Of a DNA stretch of 64,000 bases, positions 13,301-23,345 are shown in pieces. The stretch covers positions 8,403,309 to 8,467,308 of the forward strand of contig CM056607.1 of the NCBI GenBank assembly GCA_029721355.1. Direction: 5' to 3'. The position numbers were made by a program, and so were the translations under genes. This stretch comes from Tegillarca granosa (taxonomy: Eukaryota). Within the stretch, counting starts at the first letter, position 1; each line of letters opens with the position of its first letter. The notes under the pieces are model-generated. The model was not told where the DNA came from. It did no database searches and saw nothing but the letters and a program-made list of their open reading frames with translations.

Positions 13301-16300
13301 TTTCATTTGAATTGGCTCATTAGTTTCAGAGAAGAGTAAAGTTTATAGATGCACACATGCATGCGTGCTATTCCATGCTGTAAGCTCACCCTGGCTAAGC
13401 CAGGTAAGCTTAAATCTCAAGTCAAACAGGAAGTCCTAACCTTGACCTCATTTTGATAGACATCTCAATACAACATCAAATCTGAAGACCTCACGTCATT
13501 ATCTTTGATAAATAAGAAAGTGATCCAAGAACCACAAATATTTCTCCTTTTCTCAACAGCTTACCTGTTGATAATAATCACCATAGGAAACATCTTGATC
13601 TCTCTTCCTGAATGTGTGTGTTGGATGTTTCTCCCAATCAATGTCATCAACACGGTATGTTTTGTTGTTATACCTGAAATATCAACAAAACATTAACACA
13701 ATATCTGTAAAGTTCTACAGTCAAGTAAGTAACAAAATTGTACAGAAATATGTTAAAATTGTTACTAAAACAAGGCATCACAAAAACCCTTGTAACAGAG
13801 TATTGTATAATACTGTTTTTTAAAGAATCAGCTATATTTAGCTGCTAATTTGTACATTGTGATAACATGCAAATGAAAAAGTTGACAAAAAATCAGTTAT
13901 ATATATGTTAAATGAAAAGGGATCTATATTGTCAACACCAAATTTCAACAAATAACAAGTATGCAATGTTCATTTTTTCTGTTTTCTTTATCTATAGTAA
14001 CATTCACCATTATAGATTTAGGATCGGGCTAAAACACTAACTCGTCAGAGATATTACCATAATAAACCCAAATATGAGGTTTCATGAAATTCTGTTGAGA
14101 AATAAACTTGTTAGATTGCTGTGCTATATTACCATAATAAATCAATATATACAGTTTCATGAAATTCCATTGAGAGTGGAGTGGAGTTATAGTGTTTTAC
14201 ACCCCAGTCCAGAATCTTTCACTTATTTAGAGGCAGTCAATTGATGGAGGAAACCAGAGTGCCCAGAGAAAACCACCGACCTTTGGCAAGCAAACTGACA
14301 AACTTTCTCACACTAGAGTCTGTCCTGAGTGGGATTCGAACCCAGGCGATGAGAGAAGCTGTGATACGTAAGCATGAGCTTTAGACCACTTGGTTACAAA
14401 GGCCCCAAATTCTTTGAAAAATAAACTTTTTAAAGCACTGACAAAGAAAGTGTAACATTATATTAATATTACATTTCTGATTTGTTGATAGTCTATACTG
14501 TCACCCCGAGAAATTTCTTTGTCAACAAAGGTGGTCTATGAGCATTTTTTTCAAAAATAATATACACAGTATATACAATATTTTCTCCATGGGAAAATGG
14601 TAATAGTTCCCAACTTATCCATGGTTTGAGATAAAAAGATTTTTTGAACAGCATTAAAAATGGGACGGAATGGCATTATTAGAACACTTTCTGAAAATGA
14701 GCAACTATATAACTTCCATCATCTCCGAGGCCTCGGTGGCCGAGTGTTCTAAAGTGTGCCTCTCACCACCTGGGTTCGAATCCCACTTGGGACAGATCCT
14801 AGTGTGAGAAAGTTTGTCATTTTGCTTGCCAAAGGTCAATGGTTTTCTCCAGGCACTCCAGTTTCCTCCACCATCCCAGAACTGACTGCCTCGAAATAAG
14901 TGAAAGATTCTTGACTGGGGCGTAAAACACTATTACTCCACTCCACTATCTCCATTACAGATTTTTTTTTTCAACAGTCTGTCAATTTTCAAAACTTTAC
15001 TATTTTGCTGTCAAACAAATCATTCCACTTTTGTGTCAATTCTGATAAAATATAACACTTTTAAAGCTCCAGAAGCAATATGGTTTAACAAGTCATGTTT
15101 AACTTGGCAGTAATTGAAGCCATGACTTTTTAATCCAAATAATTGTTTTTTTATGCCAGGAACAGGAATTAACAGATTTTGGAATCCATGAAGACAAGTC
15201 TGGATAAAATTACTATAGTTATCATACAAACATGTTGAACTCCAGATTTAAGGAATTATTAAGTTTTCTCAAATAGGTATTGCAGTTTATCAACTTAAGA
15301 TGACCAAGTAAGTTAAAAAATTAACTTTCACTCACAGGACCTTCAAAATCATTTGAGATACTAAGAGTTTACGATAACCATATTATTCAATCTTACATTT
15401 ATCATGGAATATTGGACACCTGTCTGGAATCTACATGTTGTTTAATTCAACCATCTACATGCAAAATATGAGCACTATACTAATTTTATTTCTACGTATT
15501 ACATAACAGAACTGCTGAATGTTACACATTTTTACTAACCTTGTCATCACTATTGAACCAACCAATTTCTTAAACATGTCACTATAAAAATTATCTGTAC
15601 TTCTACTGCTGTTGTAAGCTTCATACATGATTTCGAGAACTGTATCACTGCGCAAGATTTTGTGAGAAATATCTGCACACAACAAGGTTTCAGATTCATA
15701 CTTCATAATGGATGTTATAAACCCTGGCATTACTGTTAACCTGTAGAGAATAGAATGCTTATCACTTAACAAAACCATTAATATACATGTATCTAAATAT
15801 CAAAATTTACTCTTTTAAAAATAAATTGCTAAATATTTTCAATTACAATATGCTGATATCTATACATTAATGTCTTGAGGAATAAATATAACAAGAGTGC
15901 CATGAAGGCCCTTGACGCTCACCTGCAAATGATGTACACTCAGCTTGATTTTGGCAAACTGGAGCTTCTATTCTTAAAAGAGATTTTTTCCTATATTTCG
16001 AGCTAGTGACCTACTTATTGACACAAAATGACCTATATATTAACTTGAGCTAGCTTTTGTCAAGAGCATCATTCTGAGACAGTTTGATAAGATTGGTCCA
16101 AAATGGATCCCCTCATATGTGTTAACAAGGTTTTTATATAATTCGACTTAGTGACCTAATTATTGACCCAACATAGCCCATATACAAACTCGAGCTAGCT
16201 TTTGTCAAGAGCATCATTCTGACTAAGTTTGATGAAGATTGGACTAAAATTGGGGCCCCAGGAGTGTAAGCAAGGTTTTCTTACAATTTGACTTAGTGAC

Positions 16301-19300
16301 CTACTTATTGACCCCACATGACCCATATACGAACTTGAGCTAGCTTTTGTCAAGAGCATCATTCTGACTAAGTTTGATGAAGACTGGACTAAAATTGAGG
16401 CCTCAGGAGTGTTAACAAGGTTTTTTTACAATTTGACCTAGTGACCTACTTATTGACCCAACATGGCCCATATACAATCTTGAGCTAGCTTTTGTCAAGA
16501 GCATCATTCTGACTAAGTTTGATGAAGATTGGACTAAAATTAAGTCCTCAGGAGTGTTAACAAGGTTTCTCTACAATTTGACCTAGTGACCTAGATATTG
16601 ACCCAACATGGCCTATATACGAACTTGAGCTAGCTTTTGTCAAGAAGATCATTCTGACTAAGTTTGATGAAGATTGAACTAAAATTGGATCTTCAGGAGT
16701 GTTAACAAGGTTTTTCTACAATTTGACCTAGTGACCTAGATATTGACCTAACATGGCCCATATACGAACTTGAGCTAGCTTTTGTCAAGAGCATCATTCT
16801 GACTAAGTTTGATGAAGATTGGACTAAATTTGAGTCCTCAGGAGTGTTAACAAGGTTTTTCTACAATTTGACCTAGTGACCTACTTATTGACCCAACATG
16901 GCCCAAATACGAACTTGAACTAGTTTTTGTCAAGAGCATCATTCTGACTAAGTTTGATGAAGATTGGACTAAAATTGGGGCCTCAGGAGTGTTAACAAGG
17001 TTTTTCTACAATTTGACCTAGTGACCTACTTATTGACCCAACATGGCCCATATACGAACTTGAGCTAGTTTTTGTCAAGAGCATCATTCTGACTAAGTTT
17101 GATGAAGATTGGACTAAAATTGGGGCCTCAGGAGTGTTAACAAGGTTTTTCTACAATTTGACCTAGTGACCTAGATATTGACCCAACATGGCCAATATAC
17201 GAACTTGAGCTAGCTTTTGTCAAGATGATCATTCTAAGTTTGATGAAGATTCGTCTGAAATCAGGTCCTCAGGAGTGTTAACAAGGTTTTTCTACAATTT
17301 GACCTAGTGACCTAGATATTGACCCAACATGGCCCATATACGAACTTGAGCTAGCTTTTGTCAAGAGGATCATTCTGAGAAAGTTTGATTAAGATTGCAC
17401 TTAAATTTTGGCCTCAGGAGTGTTAACAATCAAAAGTTGACGCACGACGCACACCGGACAATGACCCACCACAATAGCTCACTTGAGCACTTTGTGCTCA
17501 GGTGAGCTAAAAATAAAAGCCTGTCTCAGTAAAGCATCTGCTAGAGAGAGAAATGTTCCAAGTTCCAATTCCTTGCTTGGTCATATGACTTTAAAATTTG
17601 ATAACTGCTTCCATGCTAGGTGCTCATCTTTATGACAGCATATAGACTGGATCAGCCAGTGCCAAGATCATGGGATTGGAGGAAGTTTTTGCCTTTGGCA
17701 TTCTGAATAGGTGATCTTGAAAAAAATAACCCCAAGTGTGAGCTAGAAGAAGGCAGACCATCATTCACACTTGTACATTTTAACACATGCATAAACTTGT
17801 TCACTGATTCTTAACGATTAAACTTTTCAATAGCCGAAAAATTACTGATGTAATGTTAAAACAACATTACAACCAACAAAATTAAACTTACTTGTGTTGT
17901 GGAATATTTTGTGCTAGTTTTGGGTTAAAATAATTGCGTCCAATCTGCTGCATTTCAATCATGGCTAATACTCTATAAATAAACAAATAAATTATTTTCA
18001 TGAATAAATTATTTTACATTGTCATAAGAGAGAATCAACAAGAAATGATCTATTCTTACAAGTATACAGAAGCTGTCCAGGTAAGCATGGATTAAGCTTC
18101 CAAAAGGTTTGAAATTGCATTTGAGACTGAATGGCAAATGTTTGTTTGTTACAAAAGCTTTCTATTTTCTTGTATTATCACAATATAAATGGTCAAATGG
18201 TTGATAATTTTCACTGCCATTCACAGAAAATACAATTGCCGCAATGGTTAAATACGTATTTCTAACGTAAAATTGCAATTTACAAGTAACATTTTCAGTA
18301 TCTCAGATGACACATGAAAACAAATTCTTATATATTGTTAAAATGAATGAAATACTATCTTATGAACTGAAAGTGGTACCTTCTAAAAATGATGTTATAG
18401 ACCTGAATACACTGTGGTGAGGTAGGTGGAAGCTCATTGGTCAGAGTGATGGTAATCCTTATCTGTTCATTGTCTCTTCTAGCTGTGGAATACACTTCGG
18501 TTACCTATAATATTTGATTCAAAAGTGTACTGAATAAAGATCATTATTTAAAAGGGGATAATTTTTCATTGTTTTCATGGTTAATGTTAGTCTTGCCAAG
18601 GACTTTTTTTTTTTTTTAAATTTTTAACTTTTTACCGCACAAAATTTAATTTCAACATTACATTATATCTGTATATGATAAAACATTTCCATTTATACAT
18701 AAACCATTGAAGTCTCTCAAGAGATAATTAGCTTTTGGTGACAGATTTCACTTCATGACTTTTAACCTTTAACCTACACACCTTAATTTGGTATGCAACA
18801 AATTGTGTAATGTTTGTATATTGTGCCAAGTTTGATGAAAGTTCTTCCAACAGATATTAAGAGCAGACCCAATACTAAGACAGACTAGACAGCAAGTTTC
18901 CTATAAACTCCCCTTAACATTGTTGGGGGATTGGTCTAATTACTGCATCTACTCCTGAATAACAACACATGTACTATCACTTCAAAACCAAAGGATGATC
19001 TCTTAAATTCAAACCATCCATCATAGGCAGACTTATCAAACTTGGGCATATACACTTTTTACATTCAAATACATGTACATCAAAGCAATACTTTATTCAA
19101 ACTGTTAACAACTTAAATAGAATGTATTCATGCTTACATCTTGTTGAAGTCTCCGAGGCAAAAACAACACCATGCCATCAAAAGCACGAGTTGTACCCAA
19201 TAGCTCTTTATGGTCTGCCAGCAGTCCAACTCTCAACTTTCTTGAAATCACTGGTGGATTAAATTCAACATGATACTGGTAAAGATGCCAGTCTGGTGCA

Positions 19301-19379
19301 CACTCTAATTTGAAATAATTTGTTTGTACAGCAATTGTTTTACCAGAAGTTCCTGAAAAACAGAAATAATACATTTTTC

Positions 19380-19428
<49 letters not shown>

Positions 19429-21251
19429 CATTTGTGCTAAGAAATCCAAATAAGGTGACCAAACCTTATTGCTTAAAAATACATTGGTTGAAAATATTTA
19501 TACACAAAATCAACCCTTATATTATAAAAACTTGCAAATGTGAGTGTTTTACTCGCAATGTACAGTCCTGTATGTAAATTTCAAGAATGTTTAGTACCAA
19601 TGTTAACTTTTAAACCTAATTGTCCAATTTGCCAAGCACCACCAGTGATTTTGCTATGGTTTTTAAAAACTACCTTCCACCTTTCAGATTGGGAAAATTT
19701 GGACCCTTTTTATGTCGCATATTACCCTCAGAATTTTGAAATTCATTGCAGATTTTATATTGTGACAATATCTAACATTTTTTGTCTGTCATAACAGTTT
19801 TGGACAACTGGATTTAACTTAAACTATTTGATTGTGTGTCACTGTTGCCTTTGGGGAATTTTAGTTGTCAAATTGGGAAATTTTAGTCTTATTTCTCAAG
19901 GGGAAACTACCTTTATTCAGTAGTAATTTTAGGCAAACAAAACCACTGACCAGAAAGTATTTATTTGTTCCCTTATAATATTACATGTTGATACAGAACT
20001 TTGTGTTAAAATGCTGTTATTTATTTTCTTTTTTAATTTTGTTTTGCTTTGATTTTGTTGTTTCTTTTGGTTTTTTGTTTTTTTTAGTCTCCTAAATCCA
20101 TAGTAAAACTTTCTTTTCCAGGTTGTTACATTTCAAGTAATTGTTTAAGTGGAAATAATTGCTATTAATTTAACGGGTTGGGCAGATACATTTTTTACAT
20201 GCAAAAAGTTATTTTCAGTTTGCATTGTCCTTGACCAGCAAAACTTACTGACTTCAAAAAATGTTACATCTCTTACCCTTTTTGTCCATAATGTGCGCTG
20301 GTCTAGTAGTTAATTCTGTGTACCGGAAATCTGACCGTTTCCTGCCAACATCTCTAGCATCTCCAGTTCCTATCTTCAACTTTTCAATTTCTTCTACAGG
20401 AACTTTAGCATCTCCACTTGCCATTCCTGGCCTTTCTTTAGTTGCCCCTCCTCTATAGCTAGCTCTTCCACTTGCAGCTGGAGGACCAGCAGCTGGTGCT
20501 GGGGCAGGCGAAGCTGCTGATGGTGCCTGTGGGGCCTGATAAAATAATAATTTTTCTTTGGTTTTTTTTTTTAGCAAATCAAAGGGTCTTTTTAAAGAAC
20601 CATTAACATTACCAATAAGTAGGCTTCTCCCCAATTTGTCTGCAAAAATCTGCATAACAAACACTTCAAAATAATATTAGAAATCTCAACTTGGGATTGA
20701 TTTACTTACAATACTGTGCAAGAAATTGTAACCTGGAAGGAAACACTTTTAAACTTTTTCTCTAAAGTTGCATCTCTTATCAAGATTTTTTTTCACAAAT
20801 AATGTCAGTTTTTTGTTTTTTTTTGTTTGTTTGTTTTTTGTTTTTTTTTTGAAAGCGATGAAAAGCTGAGTGCCAAGTGATAATCAGTAACACTGATCTT
20901 CAAATGAACCAAAATACTTTTCTACAGTCATTCCAAATATTGTACTTAGTTTTAACATGGCATTGAGACTAGAACCAATAGCTTACATGTTAACTTTAAA
21001 ATACAAGGACAAACGTTTTCCATTAAAAAATAATCATGAAAAGCTTTTTTATCATCTCCATGTTCAAGTGAAATTAGACATCATAATTAAATTTTTTAAT
21101 ATACACATGGAAAAAAATAAAATACAGACCAAGATAAAACCATATAAATTGATGAATACCACACCTGTTGACTTTCACCAGGTCGTCTTGCCTGGTCATC
21201 CTGCTGACCCCTTGCACGTCCCCTGGCTCGCCCTCTGGCTCTGCCCGACAT
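1242..21251 (-). CDS. piwil1: Piwi-subfamily Argonaute gene (PIWIL1/Piwi1-like). At least 15 coding exons in the window. The 3'-terminal exon(s) encoding the PIWI C-terminus lie beyond the window start.
   Basis: The spliced conceptual product aligns collinearly with remembered human PIWIL1. The N-terminus has RG/RA repeats ([15 protein letters not shown]). Further matches include [56 protein letters not shown] and [11 protein letters not shown]. The PAZ region contains [11 protein letters not shown]...[23 protein letters not shown], and the MID region contains [20 protein letters not shown]. The PIWI region contains [10 protein letters not shown] and [14 protein letters not shown]. Every exon is bounded by AG acceptors and GT donors with mutually consistent phases. 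Confidence 0.85.
1660..1747 (-). mobile_element. Fragment of the tRNA-derived SINE head (same family as 14175-14406).
   Basis: The reverse complement ggggcctcaaaggctgggtggtttttagagtgtgcttacagattacactgcctctcgtcacctaggttctaatc parallels the SINE head ggggcctttgtaaccaagtggtctaaagc...cctgggttcgaatc. Confidence 0.45.
2338..2512 (-). CDS. piwil1: piwi PIWI-domain exon 14b, a tandem paralogue of exon 14a ([58 protein letters not shown]+g). Candidate alternative or mutually exclusive exon.
   Basis: Acceptor is ttttaacag|CTTAAA and the donor is a consensus CGAG|GTAAGT. Length (175 nt) and phases are identical to exon 14a. The C-terminal half of the encoded segment is more diverged from PIWIL1. Confidence 0.65.
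4176..4350 (-). CDS. piwil1: piwi PIWI-domain exon 14a ([58 protein letters not shown]+g). It carries the first catalytic Asp.
   Basis: Acceptor is tcatcacag|CTAAAG and the donor is a weak AAAG|GTTTGG. It matches PIWIL1 LKLVMIVGIDCYHD...[20 protein letters not shown] closely. It is 175 nt long, entering in phase 0 and leaving in phase 1, which fits the next exon at 1398. Confidence 0.8.
5958..6082 (-). CDS. piwil1: piwi coding exon 13 ([42 protein letters not shown]).
   Basis: Acceptor is cctttcag|TTCCAAG and donor is ATTCCG|GTTAGT. It matches PIWIL1 [42 protein letters not shown]. Confidence 0.8.
6225..7842. repeat. 36-bp tandem satellite, about 45 copies (unit approximately agtaaaatattgaacagctactttactatatattag), in piwi intron 12.
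   Basis: The period between successive gaacagctac motifs is a constant 36 bp (6242, 6278, 6314 and onwards). The six-frame ORF 7248-7910 is an artefact of this array. Confidence 0.95.
8193..8344 (-). CDS. piwil1: piwi coding exon 12, MID domain ([51 protein letters not shown]+g).
   Basis: Acceptor is ttcttttgtag|AATACA and donor is CATCCAG|GTAGGA. It matches PIWIL1 [28 protein letters not shown]. Confidence 0.85.
8893..9077 (-). CDS. piwil1: piwi coding exon 11 ([61 protein letters not shown]+cc).
   Basis: Acceptor is ctcttttag|TTGGGC and donor is GCTCC|GTAAGT. It matches PIWIL1 [53 protein letters not shown]. Confidence 0.8.
9530..9644 (-). CDS. piwil1: piwi coding exon 10 ([39 protein letters not shown]).
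   Basis: Acceptor is ttatttcag|AAATCA and donor is TGTGAG|GTAGGA. It matches PIWIL1 [40 protein letters not shown]. Confidence 0.75.
10290..10407 (-). CDS. piwil1: piwi coding exon 9 ([39 protein letters not shown]+ac).
   Basis: Acceptor is cttcttcag|GCCTTT and donor is AATAC|GTAAGT. It matches PIWIL1 [41 protein letters not shown]. Confidence 0.8.
10561..11354. mobile_element. Non-autonomous TIR element (MITE-like) in a piwi intron.
   Basis: Terminal inverted repeats are aggcacccggggacggca at 10561 and tgccttccccgggtacct at 11337 (about 15 of 17 bases match). Internal CTATGGGTGG-type direct repeats occur at 10657, 10709, 11280 and 11313. Confidence 0.45.
11579..11705 (-). CDS. piwil1: piwi coding exon 8 ([42 protein letters not shown]+g).
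   Basis: Acceptor is ttcag|GCTTAT and donor is ACTG|GTAAGG. It matches PIWIL1 [23 protein letters not shown]...AMLIPELCYLTGL. Confidence 0.8.
12135..13030. mobile_element. Foldback/TIR element with GGTCTGATAT subterminal repeats in a piwi intron.
   Basis: There is a 35-bp perfect hairpin: catggcaaaatccatatcatatgccatatcagacc (12135-12169) against ggtctgatatggcatatgatatagattttgccatg (12204-12237). A perfect palindrome ccggtctgatatcgatatcagaccgg lies at 12945-12970. A diverged right-arm copy ggttggtgatatggatcacatgattttagctg lies at 13000-13031. Confidence 0.4.
13565..13673 (-). CDS. piwil1: piwi coding exon 7, PAZ ([37 protein letters not shown]).
   Basis: Acceptor is atttcag|GTATAAC and donor is CAACAG|GTAAGC. 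It matches PIWIL1 [39 protein letters not shown]. Confidence 0.85.
14175..14406 (-). mobile_element. tRNA-derived SINE copy A (head at 14406, body with a CORE/MIR-like central domain).
   Basis: The reverse-complement head ggggcctttgtaaccaagtggtctaaagctcatgcttacg...cgcctgggttcgaatcccactcaggacag carries D-arm-like and B-box (GGTTCGAATCC) motifs. The body tgtcagtttgcttgccaaaggtcgg...ggtttcctcc...aaataagtgaaagattct is about 90% identical to copy B. Confidence 0.7.
14727..14953 (+). mobile_element. tRNA-derived SINE copy B, inverted relative to copy A.
   Basis: The head gaggcctcggtggccgagtgttctaaagtgtgcctctcaccacctgggttcgaatcccacttgggacag is followed by the same body as copy A. The tail is ...tattactccactccactatctcc. 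Confidence 0.7.
15540..15740 (-). CDS. piwil1: piwi coding exon 6, N-terminal part of PAZ ([45 protein letters not shown]...[11 protein letters not shown]+ag).
   Basis: Acceptor is ctctacag|GTTAAC and donor is ACAAG|GTTAGT. It matches PIWIL1 [38 protein letters not shown]...ELIGLVVLT. Confidence 0.85.
15990..17428. repeat. 145-bp tandem satellite, about 10 copies, in piwi intron 5.
   Basis: The period between tattgaccca motifs is 145 bp (16161, 16306, 16451, 16596 and onwards). The unit is approximately ttgacccaacatggcccatatacgaacttgagctagcttttgtcaagagcatcattctgactaagtttgatgaagattggactaaaattggggcctcaggagtgttaacaaggtttttctacaatttgacctagtgacctact. Confidence 0.95.
17429..17520 (+). other. Conserved hairpin-containing tail following the 145-bp satellite (agctcacttgagc-actttgt-gctcaggtgagct then A-rich). 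It may be the terminus of a non-autonomous Helitron/Helentron-like carrier.
   Basis: A 12/13 inverted repeat spans 17476-17508. The same tail motif recurs in the same orientation at 860-895. Confidence 0.3.
17892..17972 (-). CDS. piwil1: piwi coding exon 5 ([27 protein letters not shown]+aa).
   Basis: Acceptor is ttatag|AGTATT and donor is CACAA|GTAAGT. It matches PIWIL1 [27 protein letters not shown]. Confidence 0.8.
18380..18504 (-). CDS. piwil1: piwi coding exon 4 ([41 protein letters not shown]+ag).
   Basis: Acceptor is ttatag|GTAACC and donor is AGAAG|GTACCA. It matches PIWIL1 [42 protein letters not shown]. Confidence 0.85.
19138..19352 (-). CDS. piwil1: piwi coding exon 3 ([72 protein letters not shown]).
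   Basis: Acceptor is ttttcag|GAACTT and donor is CAAGAT|GTAAGC. There is a near-colinear match to PIWIL1 SSGIIVRLSTNHF...WALYQYHIDYNP...AFDGTILFLPKRLQQ. Confidence 0.85.
19385..19424. repeat. (GA)n microsatellite.
   Basis: Direct reading of the sequence. Confidence 0.95.
20277..20535 (-). CDS. piwil1: piwi coding exon 2 ([19 protein letters not shown]...[23 protein letters not shown]+g). Phase 0 in, phase 1 out.
   Basis: Acceptor is ttattttatcag|GCCCCA and donor is AAAAAGG|GTAAGA. It is in frame with exon 1. The ..RRDFHDLGVNTRQN.. region resembles PIWIL1. Confidence 0.7.
21165..21251 (-). CDS. piwil1: piwi coding exon 1 (start codon at 21251-21249). Encodes [29 protein letters not shown]. 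Donor is CAG|GTGTGG.
   Basis: The ATG is followed by an Arg-Gly/Arg-Ala repeat typical of Piwi N-termini. An AG acceptor (ttatcaacag) lies 22 nt upstream of the ATG, suggesting a separate 5'UTR exon. The donor is moderately weak, so the exon end is less certain. Confidence 0.65.
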
Positions 21252-21688
21252 TTTTATTTAAGCTTATTCTAATCTGTTGATAACAAAATAAGAATTCATC
21301 AGAAAATTTTTTTTGGTACACACACTGCTTCAAATGGGTATGACTACTTTCATTTTCTATGTGAATCAATTTGTTTTCACAGAAACAACCTATTTGTCTT
21401 TCAGTACATTTTAAAATTTTAGTGGATATAACCTTCACACTCCAACAAAATTGCATTTTTGTCTACAAACATTACTCTGAATTCAAATTTTGTTTTGCTG
21501 ATATACATGACTAGATCATTAAATGGTTTTCTATTATTTTGTCTTGTGCTAAATAAGTCATCATTGTTTTTGTCAAATTCACAATTTGCTCATCAGTTAC
21601 TTAAGCTAATCAGTTAAAATCAAGCGAGTTTAAATCAATAATTTATGTGCATATCGCATGAGGATGTACAGGGTGTGCTTAAGAAAAC

Positions 21689-21702
21689 CAGGGTTCACAC
21701 TG
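21689..21702 (+). repeat. hAT left TIR.
   Basis: CAGGGTTCACACTG. Confidence 0.75.
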
Positions 21703-22211
21703 CTGTTCGCTTTTTCGCAAAATGCGAAAAAAAATTAAATTTGGCGAATAAATATGCTATTTGGCGATAAAACATTTTCAGAAATTTTGAGTGACAACGA
21801 TGGTCTTCCCGACATTTTCTGCAGTAGGTACAAAGATCCGAAAAATTAGAGTTCCGAATGGAAGTTTACAAATGCAGTCAACCATTGCGGAAGCCATACT
21901 GACAGCCACGTGTACACAATAATTGTGTTAAAACAGTATATTACCGACTTCTTAAGAAAATCCAATTAAAATGATTACCGATAAATAGTAATCAACCAAT
22001 TATCAGGATGGTGATTACAGAGATGGTGTACCGTCGCTTTGTGTAGTCCAAGCCCATTGACACGTGCCGAGATGTGGTGTAATTACAGGTGAGTCGGCAT
22101 TCGTTTGAATTAAACATAAAAACAATGTTTAAGCAAAACATACTTTAATATACCGACAGTACTAGCATATAAAACGATGTTCATTTACAGATCAGATCAG
22201 TACACCTCAAA

Positions 22212-22476
22212 ATGGTGAAGCGTAAACTTTCGGACAACATGAACATGGGCAATTTGGCCAAAGCCCCCAAGTTGTCGTCATTTGGCTGTAATACACCCAC
22301 CAAAACTAAAGAAAGTGGGGAAGATTTTAAAGTTTCTAAAACTCCCAAAATTGAGATTAGATCATTTAAAGAGACATGGAAATTCAATCGTCCATGGTTA
22401 CGATATGATGCTAAATCCAAATCTATGTTTTGTGATATCTGCATAAATGCACAAGTTTGCAACACATTTACAGTGG
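22212..22476 (+). CDS. hAT transposase 5' coding exon (TTF/ZMYM-type zinc finger: FKETWKFNRPWLRYDAKSKSMFCDICINAQVCNTFT). The 3' splice junction is unresolved.
   Basis: The W..W.RPWL.Y..(n)C..C pattern matches the TTF-type zinc finger of ZMYM1-like hAT transposases. The end of the exon is uncertain because no good phase-1 donor is seen. Confidence 0.45.
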
Positions 22477-22966
22477 TCGCGCTGTCGGTCGCCAACGTCG
22501 CAAATTGCGATTTTTTATGATTTTTGGCGATAAAAATCGGCGCCTGGCGATTTTTTTGGCGATTACAAAAATTATCCCACAGTGGTCCCCAAATAAAAGA
22601 GTCTTATCGGCACGTGTCGAAAAAATACAGTGTATACAGACGACAGGTATTAACAAAGGATTTACTTGGAAGCCATGTAGAAAGATGTGTTAAAGATGGC
22701 AATTAAAGTGATTAGGTAGTATGAAAGAGTTAATTATACTTTTAATTTGTTACTGTTATTAATTAGTTTACGACCTAGTTAGTGGTCGTGTGTCTTTAAT
22801 GTTCTCTTGTGTATCCAAGCGCACTGTATATAAAGAATCTGTGAACTATGTCGGCAAAATTTTCGAAAAATAAACATTGTAAAAATCACAAAGATCCGAC
22901 AACACTTAAAATGGACAGCAAAATGACGAGTTTTTACATACTTAAAAAAATCTTTCACCCGTTATC

Positions 22967-23087
22967 ATGGGTAAACGTAAATTGGACTTTACCGCAACCC
23001 AACAATCTAAAATTGCAAAATTATTGTCCTTTGGTTTTGGTTCTGATAGCAATGTTATTGAAAATGTGCAGATGCAACAAACACCAG

Positions 23088-23148
<61 letters not shown>

Positions 23149-23345
23149 CGGATAAGTTGTTCATACTTCTAAAACGCCTTAGTACACGTAAATTTATGGA
23201 CACTTGGAAATTTGGATGTTCATGGCTTAGGTACGATCACAAAACAAAACTTATGTACTGTGATATTTGTATTACAGCTCAAGTCTGCAACTCGTTTACA
23301 ACTGGATGTGATGTCTTGAAAAAGGAAAGCGTTATAAATTTTTCT
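22967..23345 (+). pseudogene. Internally duplicated second copy of the hAT 5' exon (MGKRKLDF... then FMDTWKFGCSWLRYDHKTKLMYCDICITAQVCNSFTTGCDVLKKES). It is split and frameshifted by a poly(A)-rich tract.
   Basis: It is a paralogue of 22212-22476. A run of about 58 bp of (A)n/(AAAG) at 23094-23152 separates the two halves in different frames. A degenerate TIR-like motif cagtggtcgcgctgtcggtcgc at 22477, plus GGCGATAAAA repeats, precedes it. Confidence 0.4.
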
